Of a stretch of 64,000 nt of DNA, positions 47,435-55,537 are shown in pieces. The notes under the pieces were generated by a model. The model worked only from the letters and a program-made list of their open reading frames with translations. It had not been told where the DNA came from and ran no database searches. A program made the translations under genes and the position numbers. Within the stretch, counting starts at the first letter, position 1, and each line of letters starts with the position of its first letter. The stretch comes from Thermoplasmata archaeon (GTDB lineage: Archaea; Thermoplasmatota; Thermoplasmata; Lutacidiplasmatales; UBA184): contig JAKABH010000001.1 of assembly GCA_021801925.1 (NCBI GenBank), positions 7,964 through 71,963 on the forward strand, read 5' to 3'.

Positions 47435-48499
47435 CTACCCCCGGTCGACCTCGGCGGCGCAGCGGTCGCAGAGGAGGCCGTGCGGGTCGGGGCCGAGCGG
47501 GGTGCCGCAGAGCGGGCAGGTCGCCCGCGCGTCGGCCGCGGCGATCAGCTCCTGCACGCTCGTCCGCAGCGCGGGGTTCGCGTTCGCGGCCGAAGACTCG
47601 GGCCGGGGCGATTCCCCCGGCGCGGCGGGGAGGAGCGCGTCCAGGCGCGCCCGGTAGACGCCGGTCCGGCGGTCGAAGGCGACGACCCCGCGCGCCGCGA
47701 GCCCCTGCAGCGCGGAGTCGATGAGCTCGCGGACGCCCCCGAAGACGTGGGCGACCTCGATCGCCGTGAGGCCGTTCGATTCCACGATCGTCGGGAGGAG
47801 GCGGGCGGCGAGCAGCGGGACCTCCCCGCGGCCGGTCCACTGGTCGACGTACCACCCGACGCGCGCGGGGCGGACGACCCGGCGGGCCGGCGCCAATCGA
47901 CCGGCCCGGGGATCGGCAAGGAGGAGCGACCGGACGAGATCGAGTTCGTAGATCACCCGCTCCTCCGGATAGTAGGCGAGCACCGCCACCCCGAACGGCA
48001 GCAGGCCCCGCTGCCGGCACGCCGCCACCCCCTCGGGGAGGCTCCGCAGCAGCGTCGGGAGGGTGACCCGCGGCCCGCCCGCCGCCGCCCGGTCCTCCTC
48101 GGCTCGGGAGCGGGGCAGGTAATGCTCCCGGAGGAGGAACCGGGCGATCGTGCGCGCCGGCGGGGCCCCCGCGTCGGAGACGATCTCGGCGCTCCCGTCC
48201 TCCGCGAAGACGGCGGCGGCGAGCGGCCGCAGGAACGCCCACGCCGGCCCGGCCTCGGGCGGGTCGTCGAGCCGCAGCTCGAGCGGGCCGGCCGGCGGGG
48301 CCTCGCCGCGGAGCAGATCGTAGAAGGAGCCGACCTGCCGGCCCCCCGCGCGGAGATGGAACGAGCCGATCGGCGTCCGCCGCCGGGCCAAGAATTCCTC
48401 GTAGGCCCGGCCGAGCGCCCGTTCGGAGTAGACGTCGTGGCGGTCGCCGGCCCGTTCGCGGGCGAGCGGCTGCAGATCAGCGAGCGCGACGGCGGCCAT
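47435..48499 (-). CDS. Hypothetical protein with possible winged-helix segment and C-terminal Zn ribbon
   Basis: Normal codon usage from ATG 48499; GLTAIEVAHVFGG..LQGLAARGVV; CPLCG..LLCDRC. Confidence 0.7.
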   Translation of the reverse strand: MAAVALADLQPLARERAGDRHDVYSERALGRAYEEFLARRRTPIGSFHLRAGGRQVGSFYDLLRGEAPPAGPLELRLDDPPEAGPAWAFLRPLAAAVFAEDGSAEIVSDAGAPPARTIARFLLREHYLPRSRAEEDRAAAGGPRVTLPTLLRSLPEGVAACRQRGLLPFGVAVLAYYPEERVIYELDLVRSLLLADPRAGRLAPARRVVRPARVGWYVDQWTGRGEVPLLAARLLPTIVESNGLTAIEVAHVFGGVRELIDSALQGLAARGVVAFDRRTGVYRARLDALLPAAPGESPRPESSAANANPALRTSVQELIAAADARATCPLCGTPLGPDPHGLLCDRCAAEVDRG

Positions 48500-49685
48500 C
48501 GGGGCTCCGGGCCTCGAGGAGATGCGCGTAGAGGCTGATAAAGCGCCGGGCCATGGCGTCGAGCGAGCCGGTGCGGACGACCTGCTCCCGCCCCCGCGCG
48601 GCGAGCCGCCGGCGGGCGGCCGGGTCCCCGACCAGCTCGGCGAGGACGGCGGAAAGCGCCCCCGGGCTCCGCACGGCCGCGCGCCGCCCGGTCTCCCCGT
48701 CGACGACGAGCTCGGCGGCGCCGCCGTCGTCGGGAGCGATGACCGCCGCGCCGCACGCCATCGCCTCGAGCAGGGCGATGCTCGAGGTGTCGCTCGTCGA
48801 CGGCAGCACGAAGACGTCGCTCTGGCCGAGGAGCGCCGGCTTCTCCTCCTCCGCAACGGGACCGAGGTAGCGGACGCGGCCCGAAAGCCGCGGATCGTCG
48901 CGCAGGCGGGCGCGGACCCGTGCCTCCTCGGGACCGACCCCCCCGACGACCCCGACGACCTCCCCGGTCGTCGCGAGCTCGGCGACCGCGTCCAGGAACC
49001 GGTGGATCCCCTTGTCGACGGTGAGCCGACCGAGGTAGGTGACGAGCGGCCCCCCGCCGAGCCCGCAGCGGGCCCGCCAGTCGGGGGCGGCGATCCCGGG
49101 GCGGAACCGCTCGACGTCGATGCCGTTCGGGACGACCTCCACCGCCCGGCGGAACGGCTTGCGGACGCTCCCCTCGAGGTCGGCGCGGGCCGCCGCGGAC
49201 GGGGCGGTCGCCACGTCGCACCGCCAGTAGAGGCCGAGGTTCCACCACCAGGCGACGCGGAAGAACTGGGGAACGAGCAGCTTCGGCGGCACCGCCTCCG
49301 CCATCGCCCGCAGGTTCGTGTGGAACGTCCCGACCAGCGGGCGGCCGAAGCGCCGGGCGGCGAGGAAGCCGGCGCTGCCGAGGCCCCCGGGCGTGTGCAC
49401 GTGGATCACGTCCGCCGCCGCGGCGCCGCGGGCCCGCCGCGCGGCGGCCCACGGGAAGACCGGCCACCGGTACTGACCGTAGAGGGGGACCGGCACGCTG
49501 CGGAAGCGGGTGACGGCGACGCCGTCGATCTCCTCCTCGCCGTATCCCGGGCCCGTGACGGCCTGGGGCGCGAAGACCCGTACGCGGTGGCCCAGGCCGA
49601 CCAGGCGGCGGGCGAGCGCCCCGGTGACCTGGGCGACCCCGTCCTGCATCGGGGGGTACGAGTCCGTGAAGAAGGCGATCTCCAT
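48477..49685 (-). CDS. Glycosyltransferase family 4 (GT-B)
   Basis: MEIAFFTDSYPP..GV, HVHTPG, GTFHT, VPNGID, YLGRLTVDKG, DVFVLPS..ALLEAMACG. Confidence 0.94.
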   Translation of the reverse strand: MEIAFFTDSYPPMQDGVAQVTGALARRLVGLGHRVRVFAPQAVTGPGYGEEEIDGVAVTRFRSVPVPLYGQYRWPVFPWAAARRARGAAAADVIHVHTPGGLGSAGFLAARRFGRPLVGTFHTNLRAMAEAVPPKLLVPQFFRVAWWWNLGLYWRCDVATAPSAAARADLEGSVRKPFRRAVEVVPNGIDVERFRPGIAAPDWRARCGLGGGPLVTYLGRLTVDKGIHRFLDAVAELATTGEVVGVVGGVGPEEARVRARLRDDPRLSGRVRYLGPVAEEEKPALLGQSDVFVLPSTSDTSSIALLEAMACGAAVIAPDDGGAAELVVDGETGRRAAVRSPGALSAVLAELVGDPAARRRLAARGREQVVRTGSLDAMARRFISLYAHLLEARSPDGRRRAR

Positions 49686-49773
49686 CCGCCCCGGCTCCGG
49701 CCCGGACGGGGTCGAGGGGGGTTCGTATGCTTATGGGTCCTCGGGCACGGCCCCGGCGGGGGCCCGCCGCCGC

Positions 49774-50553
49774 TCAGAGGACCGACTGGAACGCCCGCTC
49801 GAGCCGGCTCGCGTCCTTGGCGTCGAGCGCGCGGGGGTCGAACGAGACGATCAGCGCCGAGCCGGTGTCGCGGACCTGGCCGACGAGCCAATGGACGAAC
49901 CGCTGGACGACGTCGAGGGAATGTTCGGTCGCGAGGTACTCGAGGGCGTCTACGTAGACGAGCGCGCCGCCGGCCGCCTCCGTCGGCGCCCGCAGCTGCC
50001 CGCCGATCTCCCCCGGCGTCGGGGGACCGCCCCCGCCGCCCGGTTCGCCGACCGCGATCTCGACCCGCCGCTCGGGCCCGAGGCCCTCCACCGCCGGGGG
50101 ATGGAGGGAAACGAAGGCGACCCGCGGGAAGGCGGCGGCGCCGTCGCGCAGGAGCTCGAGCGACCGGGCCGGCCGTTCCTCGCGCACGAGCACGGTGCGG
50201 CCCGGCCCGATCTTCGGGGCGGGGGGCGGCGCCGGGACGCCGAGCGGGGCCACCCACGGTCGCGTGGCGGTCGGGGGCCGGAAGAGGCTTCCCCACGACG
50301 GGCGGCTCGGGGGGGCGATCATCGCCCGCCGCTTCGCTTCGACCTCCTCGGAGAGGCGCGCGAGCCGGCCCTCGATCAGCATCCGGAGCTCGGCGGCCGT
50401 GTGGCCCCGCGAGGCGTGGCCGAGGACCTCCCGGAGGGCGCTGCGGACCCCTTCCTCGTAGCCGGCGGCGTACGTCCGGGCATACTCCTGGTCGGGGGCG
50501 TCGTCCTCCGCCGGCCGGCGCTCGGCGCCGTCCCGGCGCGGCCCGTCGTTCAC
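49774..50553 (-). CDS. DUF835-like (RecA-fold) domain protein with helical N-terminal region
   Basis: VLVREERP..VYVDALEYLATEHSLDVVQRFVHWL..LIVSFDPRAL..LER; GTG start overlapping the DUF35 stop. Confidence 0.75.
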   Translation of the reverse strand: MNDGPRRDGAERRPAEDDAPDQEYARTYAAGYEEGVRSALREVLGHASRGHTAAELRMLIEGRLARLSEEVEAKRRAMIAPPSRPSWGSLFRPPTATRPWVAPLGVPAPPPAPKIGPGRTVLVREERPARSLELLRDGAAAFPRVAFVSLHPPAVEGLGPERRVEIAVGEPGGGGGPPTPGEIGGQLRAPTEAAGGALVYVDALEYLATEHSLDVVQRFVHWLVGQVRDTGSALIVSFDPRALDAKDASRLERAFQSVL

Positions 50554-51041
50554 GCCGTCGTGCGGTCGGCGCCGGTCGGCGCCGACGCGACGGCCCGCTC
50601 CGTCCGTCGGGGCGGGAGGGCCGATCCGTTCCCGGGCTCCACCGGGGCGAACTTGTAGCCGTAGTGGATCACGCCGGCCTTCCCTTCCTCCCGCAGCTTG
50701 CGGAACGTCGCCCGGACCGAAAGGCCGATGCGGACGGACGCCGGGTCGACGTCGACGACCTGGCCGGTAAGGATCGGTCCCTCGACGGTCTTGACCAGCG
50801 CCACGACGTAGGGGACCTGCATCTCGAACCCCTCGGCCGCCTCGTGGACGACCGTGTAGGAGAAGACGGTCCCCTCGCCGCCCAGCTGGAACGGGGCCAT
50901 CTGGGCGAGCGTCTCGCGGTGGTGGGGACAGGCCGGGCAGACCGCGCGCGGGGGGAAGTAGACGGTCCCGCAGCGGCCGCACTTCGATCCGCCGAGGTTG
51001 TACCGCCGGGGGGTCTCGCGCCAGAAACGTGCGATCGACAT
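50550..51041 (-). CDS. DUF35 Zn-ribbon/OB-fold protein (thiolase-HMGCS scaffold)
   Basis: RFWRE..RYNLGGSKCGRCGTVYFPPRAVCPAC, PYVVALV, FRKL..GVIHYGYKF. Confidence 0.94.
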   Translation of the reverse strand: MSIARFWRETPRRYNLGGSKCGRCGTVYFPPRAVCPACPHHRETLAQMAPFQLGGEGTVFSYTVVHEAAEGFEMQVPYVVALVKTVEGPILTGQVVDVDPASVRIGLSVRATFRKLREEGKAGVIHYGYKFAPVEPGNGSALPPRRTERAVASAPTGADRTTA

Positions 51042-51049
51042 GGCCCCTC

Positions 51050-52219
51050 CTAGTTCACCCGCTCCAGCAGGTGGACGACGCTCGTGGCCCCGGTGCCGCC
51101 GACGTCGTGGGCCAAGCCGAGGGTCGCGCCGGCGACCTGGCGCTCCTTCGCCTCGCCCCTCAGCTGCCGGACGATCTCGACGACTTGGGCGACCCCGACG
51201 GCCCCGAACGGCCGTCCCTGGGCCTTGAGGCCCCCGGACGGGTTCACGACGGTCCGCCCGCCCGGCCCGAAGCCGCCGGCCTCGAACGCCGGGCCCCCCT
51301 GCCCCTTCTCCGCGAAGCCGAGGTCCTCGAGCGCGAGAAGCGCGCTGATCGTGTAGGCGTCGTGGATCTCCGCGACCCGCACGTCGGCCGGGGCGCGCCG
51401 CGCCCGCGCGAACGCTCGGCGCGCCGCCGCCGCCGTGGCCGCGAGCGCGGTGATGTCGGCGCGGTGCTGGACCGCCATCGTGTCCGAGGCGACCTCGCTC
51501 GCCGCGATGCGGATCGGCGAATCGGTGTGGCGGCGCGCGACCTCGAGGGGACCCAGGACGACCGCCGCGGCGCCGTCGGAGAGCGGGGCGCAGTCGAGCA
51601 TCCCGAGCGGCTCGGCGACCGGGGCGGCGCCGACGACCTGCTCGACCGACAGCCGGTTGCGGTAGTGGGCGAGCGGGTTCTTCCCCGCCATCTCGTGGTC
51701 GTGGACCGCGACGCGGGCGAGCTGCTCGCGCGTCGTCCCGTAGTCGTGCATGTGGCGCCGGGCGATGAGCGCCCAGAGCGCGGGCAGGGTCGCCCCGAAG
51801 ACGACCTCCCACTCGTGGTCGGCCGTGGCGCTCGCGATCTGGTTCGCGGTCGCGTCGGCGACGTCCGTCATCTTCTCCGCCCCGCCGACGACGACGTAGT
51901 CGTACAGTCCGCTCGCCACGGCGAGGTATCCTTCGTGGAGCGCGAGGGCGCCCGAGGCGCCGCCGCCCTCGACGCGGATCGCCGGCAGGTGGCGGCCGAC
52001 GAGCCCCGCGTAGTCGAGGATGAGCGGGGCGATGTGCTCCTGCGAGAGGAGCGAGCCGGACGCCATGTTGCCGAGGTAGAGCGCGTGGACGTCCCCGCTT
52101 CCGAGCTTCGCGTCGACGAGCGCCTCGAGGCCCGCCTCGATCCCGATCTCGCGGAACGAGCGGTCCCACAGCTCGCCGAACTTCGTCTGGCCGACGCCCA
52201 GGACGGCGACCTCGCGCAT
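51050..52219 (-). CDS. Archaeal acetoacetyl-CoA thiolase-fold protein with degenerate catalytic motifs
   Basis: GVGQTKFGELW, GAEKMTD, NPLAH, DCAPLSDGAAA, VNPSGGLK, HDVGGTG; catalytic motifs read EGGGASG, HDAY and QGRP. Confidence 0.88.
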   Translation of the reverse strand: MREVAVLGVGQTKFGELWDRSFREIGIEAGLEALVDAKLGSGDVHALYLGNMASGSLLSQEHIAPLILDYAGLVGRHLPAIRVEGGGASGALALHEGYLAVASGLYDYVVVGGAEKMTDVADATANQIASATADHEWEVVFGATLPALWALIARRHMHDYGTTREQLARVAVHDHEMAGKNPLAHYRNRLSVEQVVGAAPVAEPLGMLDCAPLSDGAAAVVLGPLEVARRHTDSPIRIAASEVASDTMAVQHRADITALAATAAAARRAFARARRAPADVRVAEIHDAYTISALLALEDLGFAEKGQGGPAFEAGGFGPGGRTVVNPSGGLKAQGRPFGAVGVAQVVEIVRQLRGEAKERQVAGATLGLAHDVGGTGATSVVHLLERVN

Positions 52220-52221
52220 CG

Positions 52222-53274
52222 TCAGCTCCCTCCCATGTGGATCTTCCCCCGGAACTTCGCGTAGACGGCGTAGGGGATCTCGACGCCGGGGTCGAGGTAC
52301 TGCTGGACCGGCGCCCCGAACGAACGGTCGTACCGGTCGATCTCGTCGGTCACCTCGAGGTCGAAGGCGTCGGAGCCGGCGCCGGACCCGTAGCCGACGA
52401 CCAGGATCCGTTCGTCCGGCCGGGCGTGGTCGAGGACGTTCGCGAGCCCGATCAGCGACGCGCCGGAGTAGGTGTTGCCGATGTACGGCGTCACGAGCCC
52501 ATAGCGCATCTGCGCGTCGGTGAACCCGAGCTGCTTGCCGACCCGCTGCGGGAACTTCCCGTTCGGCTGGTGGAAGACGACGTGGGCGTAGTCGGCCGGG
52601 CCGGTCCCCTCGGCCTCGAACATCTGGCGGGCGCACTCCGTCACGTGGCGGAAGTAGGCCGGCTCGCCGGTGAAGCGGCCGCCGTGGCTCGGGTACCGCT
52701 GCCCCTCCCGCCGCCAGAAATCGGGCGTGTCGGTCGTGTAGGAGAGCGTCCGGCGGACCCGCGCCAGCATGCGCTCCCGGCCGATCACCAGCGCGGCGCC
52801 GCCGGCGCTGGCGGAGTACTCGAGCGCGTCCCCCGGCGCCCCCTGCGAGGTGTCGGTCCCGATCGCGACGCCGTAGCGGACCATCCCCGCGCCGACGAGG
52901 CCGAGGCACGTCTGGACCGCCGCGGTGCCGGCCTTGCAGGCGAACTCGAAGTCCGCCGCGGTGAGGTTCGGGGTCGCCCCGACCGCCGAGGCGACGACGG
53001 TCGCGGTCGGCTTGACCGCGTAGGGATGCGACTCCGAGCCGACGTAGATCGCGCCGATCTGCTGCGGGTCGATCCCTCCGCGGACGAGCGCGACGCGCAG
53101 GGCCTCCGTCGAGATCGTGATCGTGTCCTCGTCGGGCGCGGGCACGCTCTTCCGGAGCACGTTCAGGCTCTGTCCCATCCCCTCGCCGTCGGCGCCCCAG
53201 ACCCGCCCGATCTCGGTCGGCGTGATCCGATACCGCGGTACATAGACCCCGTAGCTCACGATCCCTGCGTCCAT
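52222..53274 (-). CDS. Hydroxymethylglutaryl-CoA synthase (archaeal)
   Basis: [19 protein letters not shown] (catalytic Cys), [40 protein letters not shown]. Confidence 0.96.
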   Translation of the reverse strand: MDAGIVSYGVYVPRYRITPTEIGRVWGADGEGMGQSLNVLRKSVPAPDEDTITISTEALRVALVRGGIDPQQIGAIYVGSESHPYAVKPTATVVASAVGATPNLTAADFEFACKAGTAAVQTCLGLVGAGMVRYGVAIGTDTSQGAPGDALEYSASAGGAALVIGRERMLARVRRTLSYTTDTPDFWRREGQRYPSHGGRFTGEPAYFRHVTECARQMFEAEGTGPADYAHVVFHQPNGKFPQRVGKQLGFTDAQMRYGLVTPYIGNTYSGASLIGLANVLDHARPDERILVVGYGSGAGSDAFDLEVTDEIDRYDRSFGAPVQQYLDPGVEIPYAVYAKFRGKIHMGGS

Positions 53275-53299
53275 CGTTCCCTCCCTCCGTGGTGTGTTC

Positions 53300-53977
53300 C
53301 TACAGTGCTTCGAGACGTTCCAAGAGCGCCGGCGCCTGCAGCGGCGTCGACAGCAGGGGGATGTTCTCCACCTCCGAGAGGCGGATCGCGAGCGGGTCGA
53401 CCCGGCCCGGCGCCGCGAAGACGACCGCCGCCGGCTTGAGCGGATGGGCGCGGATGGCGACCATCGGGGAGCGGCCGAACTTCACGTTGGAGAAGATCAA
53501 CGCCCGCTGGGTCGTCCAGCCGTAGACCTCGACGAACCGCGAGGCGTCGATGGAGAGGATCGCCCGCGGCGCGTCGAGCACGGTGAAGCCGTGGAGGTCG
53601 CGGTGGAGGTCGACGCGGCTCACGGGGCGGGCGTCGAGCTGGTCCGCGAGCGACTTCAGCGGGATCGCGACGGCGAACTCCCGCATCCCGAGGATCCCGT
53701 CGGAGTGGGCCCGTACGCCGAGCCGCTGCCCGACCTTGCTGCCGTGCTGGGCGTCGACGGCGAGGAGGGCATCGACATACCGCCGGATGAAGCCGGCGCC
53801 CGGGCTCGCCCGCCGCTCCGACTCGTAGTCGGAGATCACCGACGGCACCGTCGTGAGGTGCTGGGCGAGGTCCCGCTGCGAGATGCCGAAATCCTCGCGC
53901 CACTTGCGGAGCGTGCGCCCCGGGTGGGGGGACAGGACGACCTCCCCCGCGATCTTCTCGCGGATCTCCGCGTCCAC
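53300..53977 (-). CDS. XRE-family HTH transcriptional regulator (archaeal, HMGCS-associated)
   Basis: [54 protein letters not shown]; TATA-like box at 54001. Confidence 0.9.
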   Translation of the reverse strand: MDAEIREKIAGEVVLSPHPGRTLRKWREDFGISQRDLAQHLTTVPSVISDYESERRASPGAGFIRRYVDALLAVDAQHGSKVGQRLGVRAHSDGILGMREFAVAIPLKSLADQLDARPVSRVDLHRDLHGFTVLDAPRAILSIDASRFVEVYGWTTQRALIFSNVKFGRSPMVAIRAHPLKPAAVVFAAPGRVDPLAIRLSEVENIPLLSTPLQAPALLERLEAL

Positions 53978-54070
53978 GGTTGCCGCCGAGCGAGCCCCGG
54001 TATAAAGGCCTAGGCTTGCTGTCGGTGTACGGGCTCGACAGCCGCCGAACCCTCTCCCGGCCGGGAGGAG

Positions 54071-54175
54071 TGGACTGGGCGAGATTCCCCGGCCCGGGGC
54101 GTGCGGCCCCGGGACCCTTTGAACTCGCGACCTCTACCTTGCCAAGGTAGCGATCTTCCGCTGATCTACCAGCCC
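54071..54175 (-). tRNA. tRNA-Ala(GGC) with 33-nt intron in the T-loop (54085-54117, position 59/60)
   Basis: Minus strand: acceptor GGGCTGG/CCAGTCC with G3-U70, D-stem GATC/GATC, CTACC-TTGGCAA-GGTAG, T-stem GCGAG/CTCGC with TTCAAA|T interrupted by a hairpin; TTTTAT box about 28 nt upstream. Confidence 0.92.
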
Positions 54176-54362
54176 ACCGGTCGGTCGGACGCCCGGTGCA
54201 GGATAAAATCTTCTCGGCCGCCGCCCCCGCCCGGACGGCCTCGGGTGGCCGCGGCCCCGGGGCGCTCCGTCCGGGGCCGCATCGGGGGCCGCTCCCGCCG
54301 ACCGGCCCTCGACCGGACGCTCCGGCCAAACCCTTATCCCTCGCCGCCGGCTCCGCCGGCCG

Positions 54363-54719
54363 ATGCCCGAGAGCGGCTCGAGCGAGCCGATCGACCTGGT
54401 CGTCCGGAGCGCCCGCGACCTGTTGCGGCCCGAGGAACTGCTGCGCGAGGCGACGCGCGATCTTGTGAAGGAGGAGATCCGCCACCACCTGGAGAAGACG
54501 CTCCGGGACGATCCGAAGCTCGCCCGGGACCTGCGCGACGCCGTCCGGGACCTCTTGGAGGCGCGCGCGCGGGAGTATGCGGCGGTGCTGCGCGTCGGCG
54601 CCGCGACCGCCCGGCTGGGCCTCTCCGCGCTTCCCCCCGACGTGCGGCGGTCGCTGACCGAGGACGTGGTGAAGTTCCTCTCCCAGGAGATCGGCAACAT
54701 CGCGGAGCGGACGCTCTAG
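54363..54719 (+). CDS. Hypothetical helical protein
   Basis: Amphipathic helical ORF with typical codon usage, 2 nt upstream of the PAC2 gene. Confidence 0.72.
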   Translation: MPESGSSEPIDLVVRSARDLLRPEELLREATRDLVKEEIRHHLEKTLRDDPKLARDLRDAVRDLLEARAREYAAVLRVGAATARLGLSALPPDVRRSLTEDVVKFLSQEIGNIAERTL

Positions 54720-54721
54720 CG

Positions 54722-55537
54722 ATGCCGGCGCTCGCGGCGGACCAGGTCAAGATCTACGAGATCAAGCGGGTCGACGTCGAGGGGGCGATCGTCATCGACG
54801 GCTTCCCGTCCGTCGGCCTCGTGAGCTCGATCGTCGCGAACTACCTCATCGACACGCTCGAGATGGAGCAGATCGGCATCGTGGAGTCGCCGGCGTTCCC
54901 CACCGTCTCGCTCGTCCGCAACGGCAACCCCCAGCACCCGGTCCGGATCTACGCCGGCCGCCCCCCGGCCGACCGCGCCGGGCGCGGCGCCGACAAGATC
55001 GTCGCCTTCGTCTCCGAGTTCCACCCCGCCCCCGCGATCATCCACCCGCTCGCCCACTCGATCCTCGATTGGGTCCAGGAGCAGCGCTGCTCGCTGCTCG
55101 TCTCCCCGGAGGGGCTCAGCGTCGAGGCCGATCCGCACCGCGCGAAGAGCCGGGGGACCCGCCTGCACGACGTGAAGGTCTACGGCGTCGCGAGCACGCG
55201 CAAGGCCCGCGAGCTGTACATCGAGCCGAACATGATCCCGTTCGCGGAGGGGGTCATCACCGGCATCGCGGGCGTGCTGCTCAACGAGGGCCGCCGCCGC
55301 GGCTTCGACGTCCTCACGTTCCTCGCCGAGGCGCAGGCGGACTACCCGGACGCCCGCGCCGCGGCGAAGGTGATCGAGACGATCAACGCGATCCTCCTCC
55401 GGACCCCGCTCGACCCCGTGCCGCTCTACGCCGAGGCCGGGCGGATCGAGCAGCAGCTCCTCTCGATCCAGCGCCACGCCGCCGAGCGGGCGCGGCCGGA
55501 CGACGGCGCGAACCCGTCCCCGCCGATGTACCGGTAG
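54722..55537 (+). CDS. PAC2-family proteasome assembly chaperone (PbaA/PbaB-like)
   Basis: IDGFPSVGLVSSIVANYLI, PVRIY, GVITGIAGVLL, YPDARAAA, C-terminal PPMYR. Confidence 0.9.
   Translation: MPALAADQVKIYEIKRVDVEGAIVIDGFPSVGLVSSIVANYLIDTLEMEQIGIVESPAFPTVSLVRNGNPQHPVRIYAGRPPADRAGRGADKIVAFVSEFHPAPAIIHPLAHSILDWVQEQRCSLLVSPEGLSVEADPHRAKSRGTRLHDVKVYGVASTRKARELYIEPNMIPFAEGVITGIAGVLLNEGRRRGFDVLTFLAEAQADYPDARAAAKVIETINAILLRTPLDPVPLYAEAGRIEQQLLSIQRHAAERARPDDGANPSPPMYR

Noticed and set aside
47324-54175. Integrated element bounded by the two tRNAs
   Set aside because: Intervening genes are housekeeping (mevalonate, GT4); no integrase or duplicated tRNA 3' end. The tRNA insertions are short hairpin introns.
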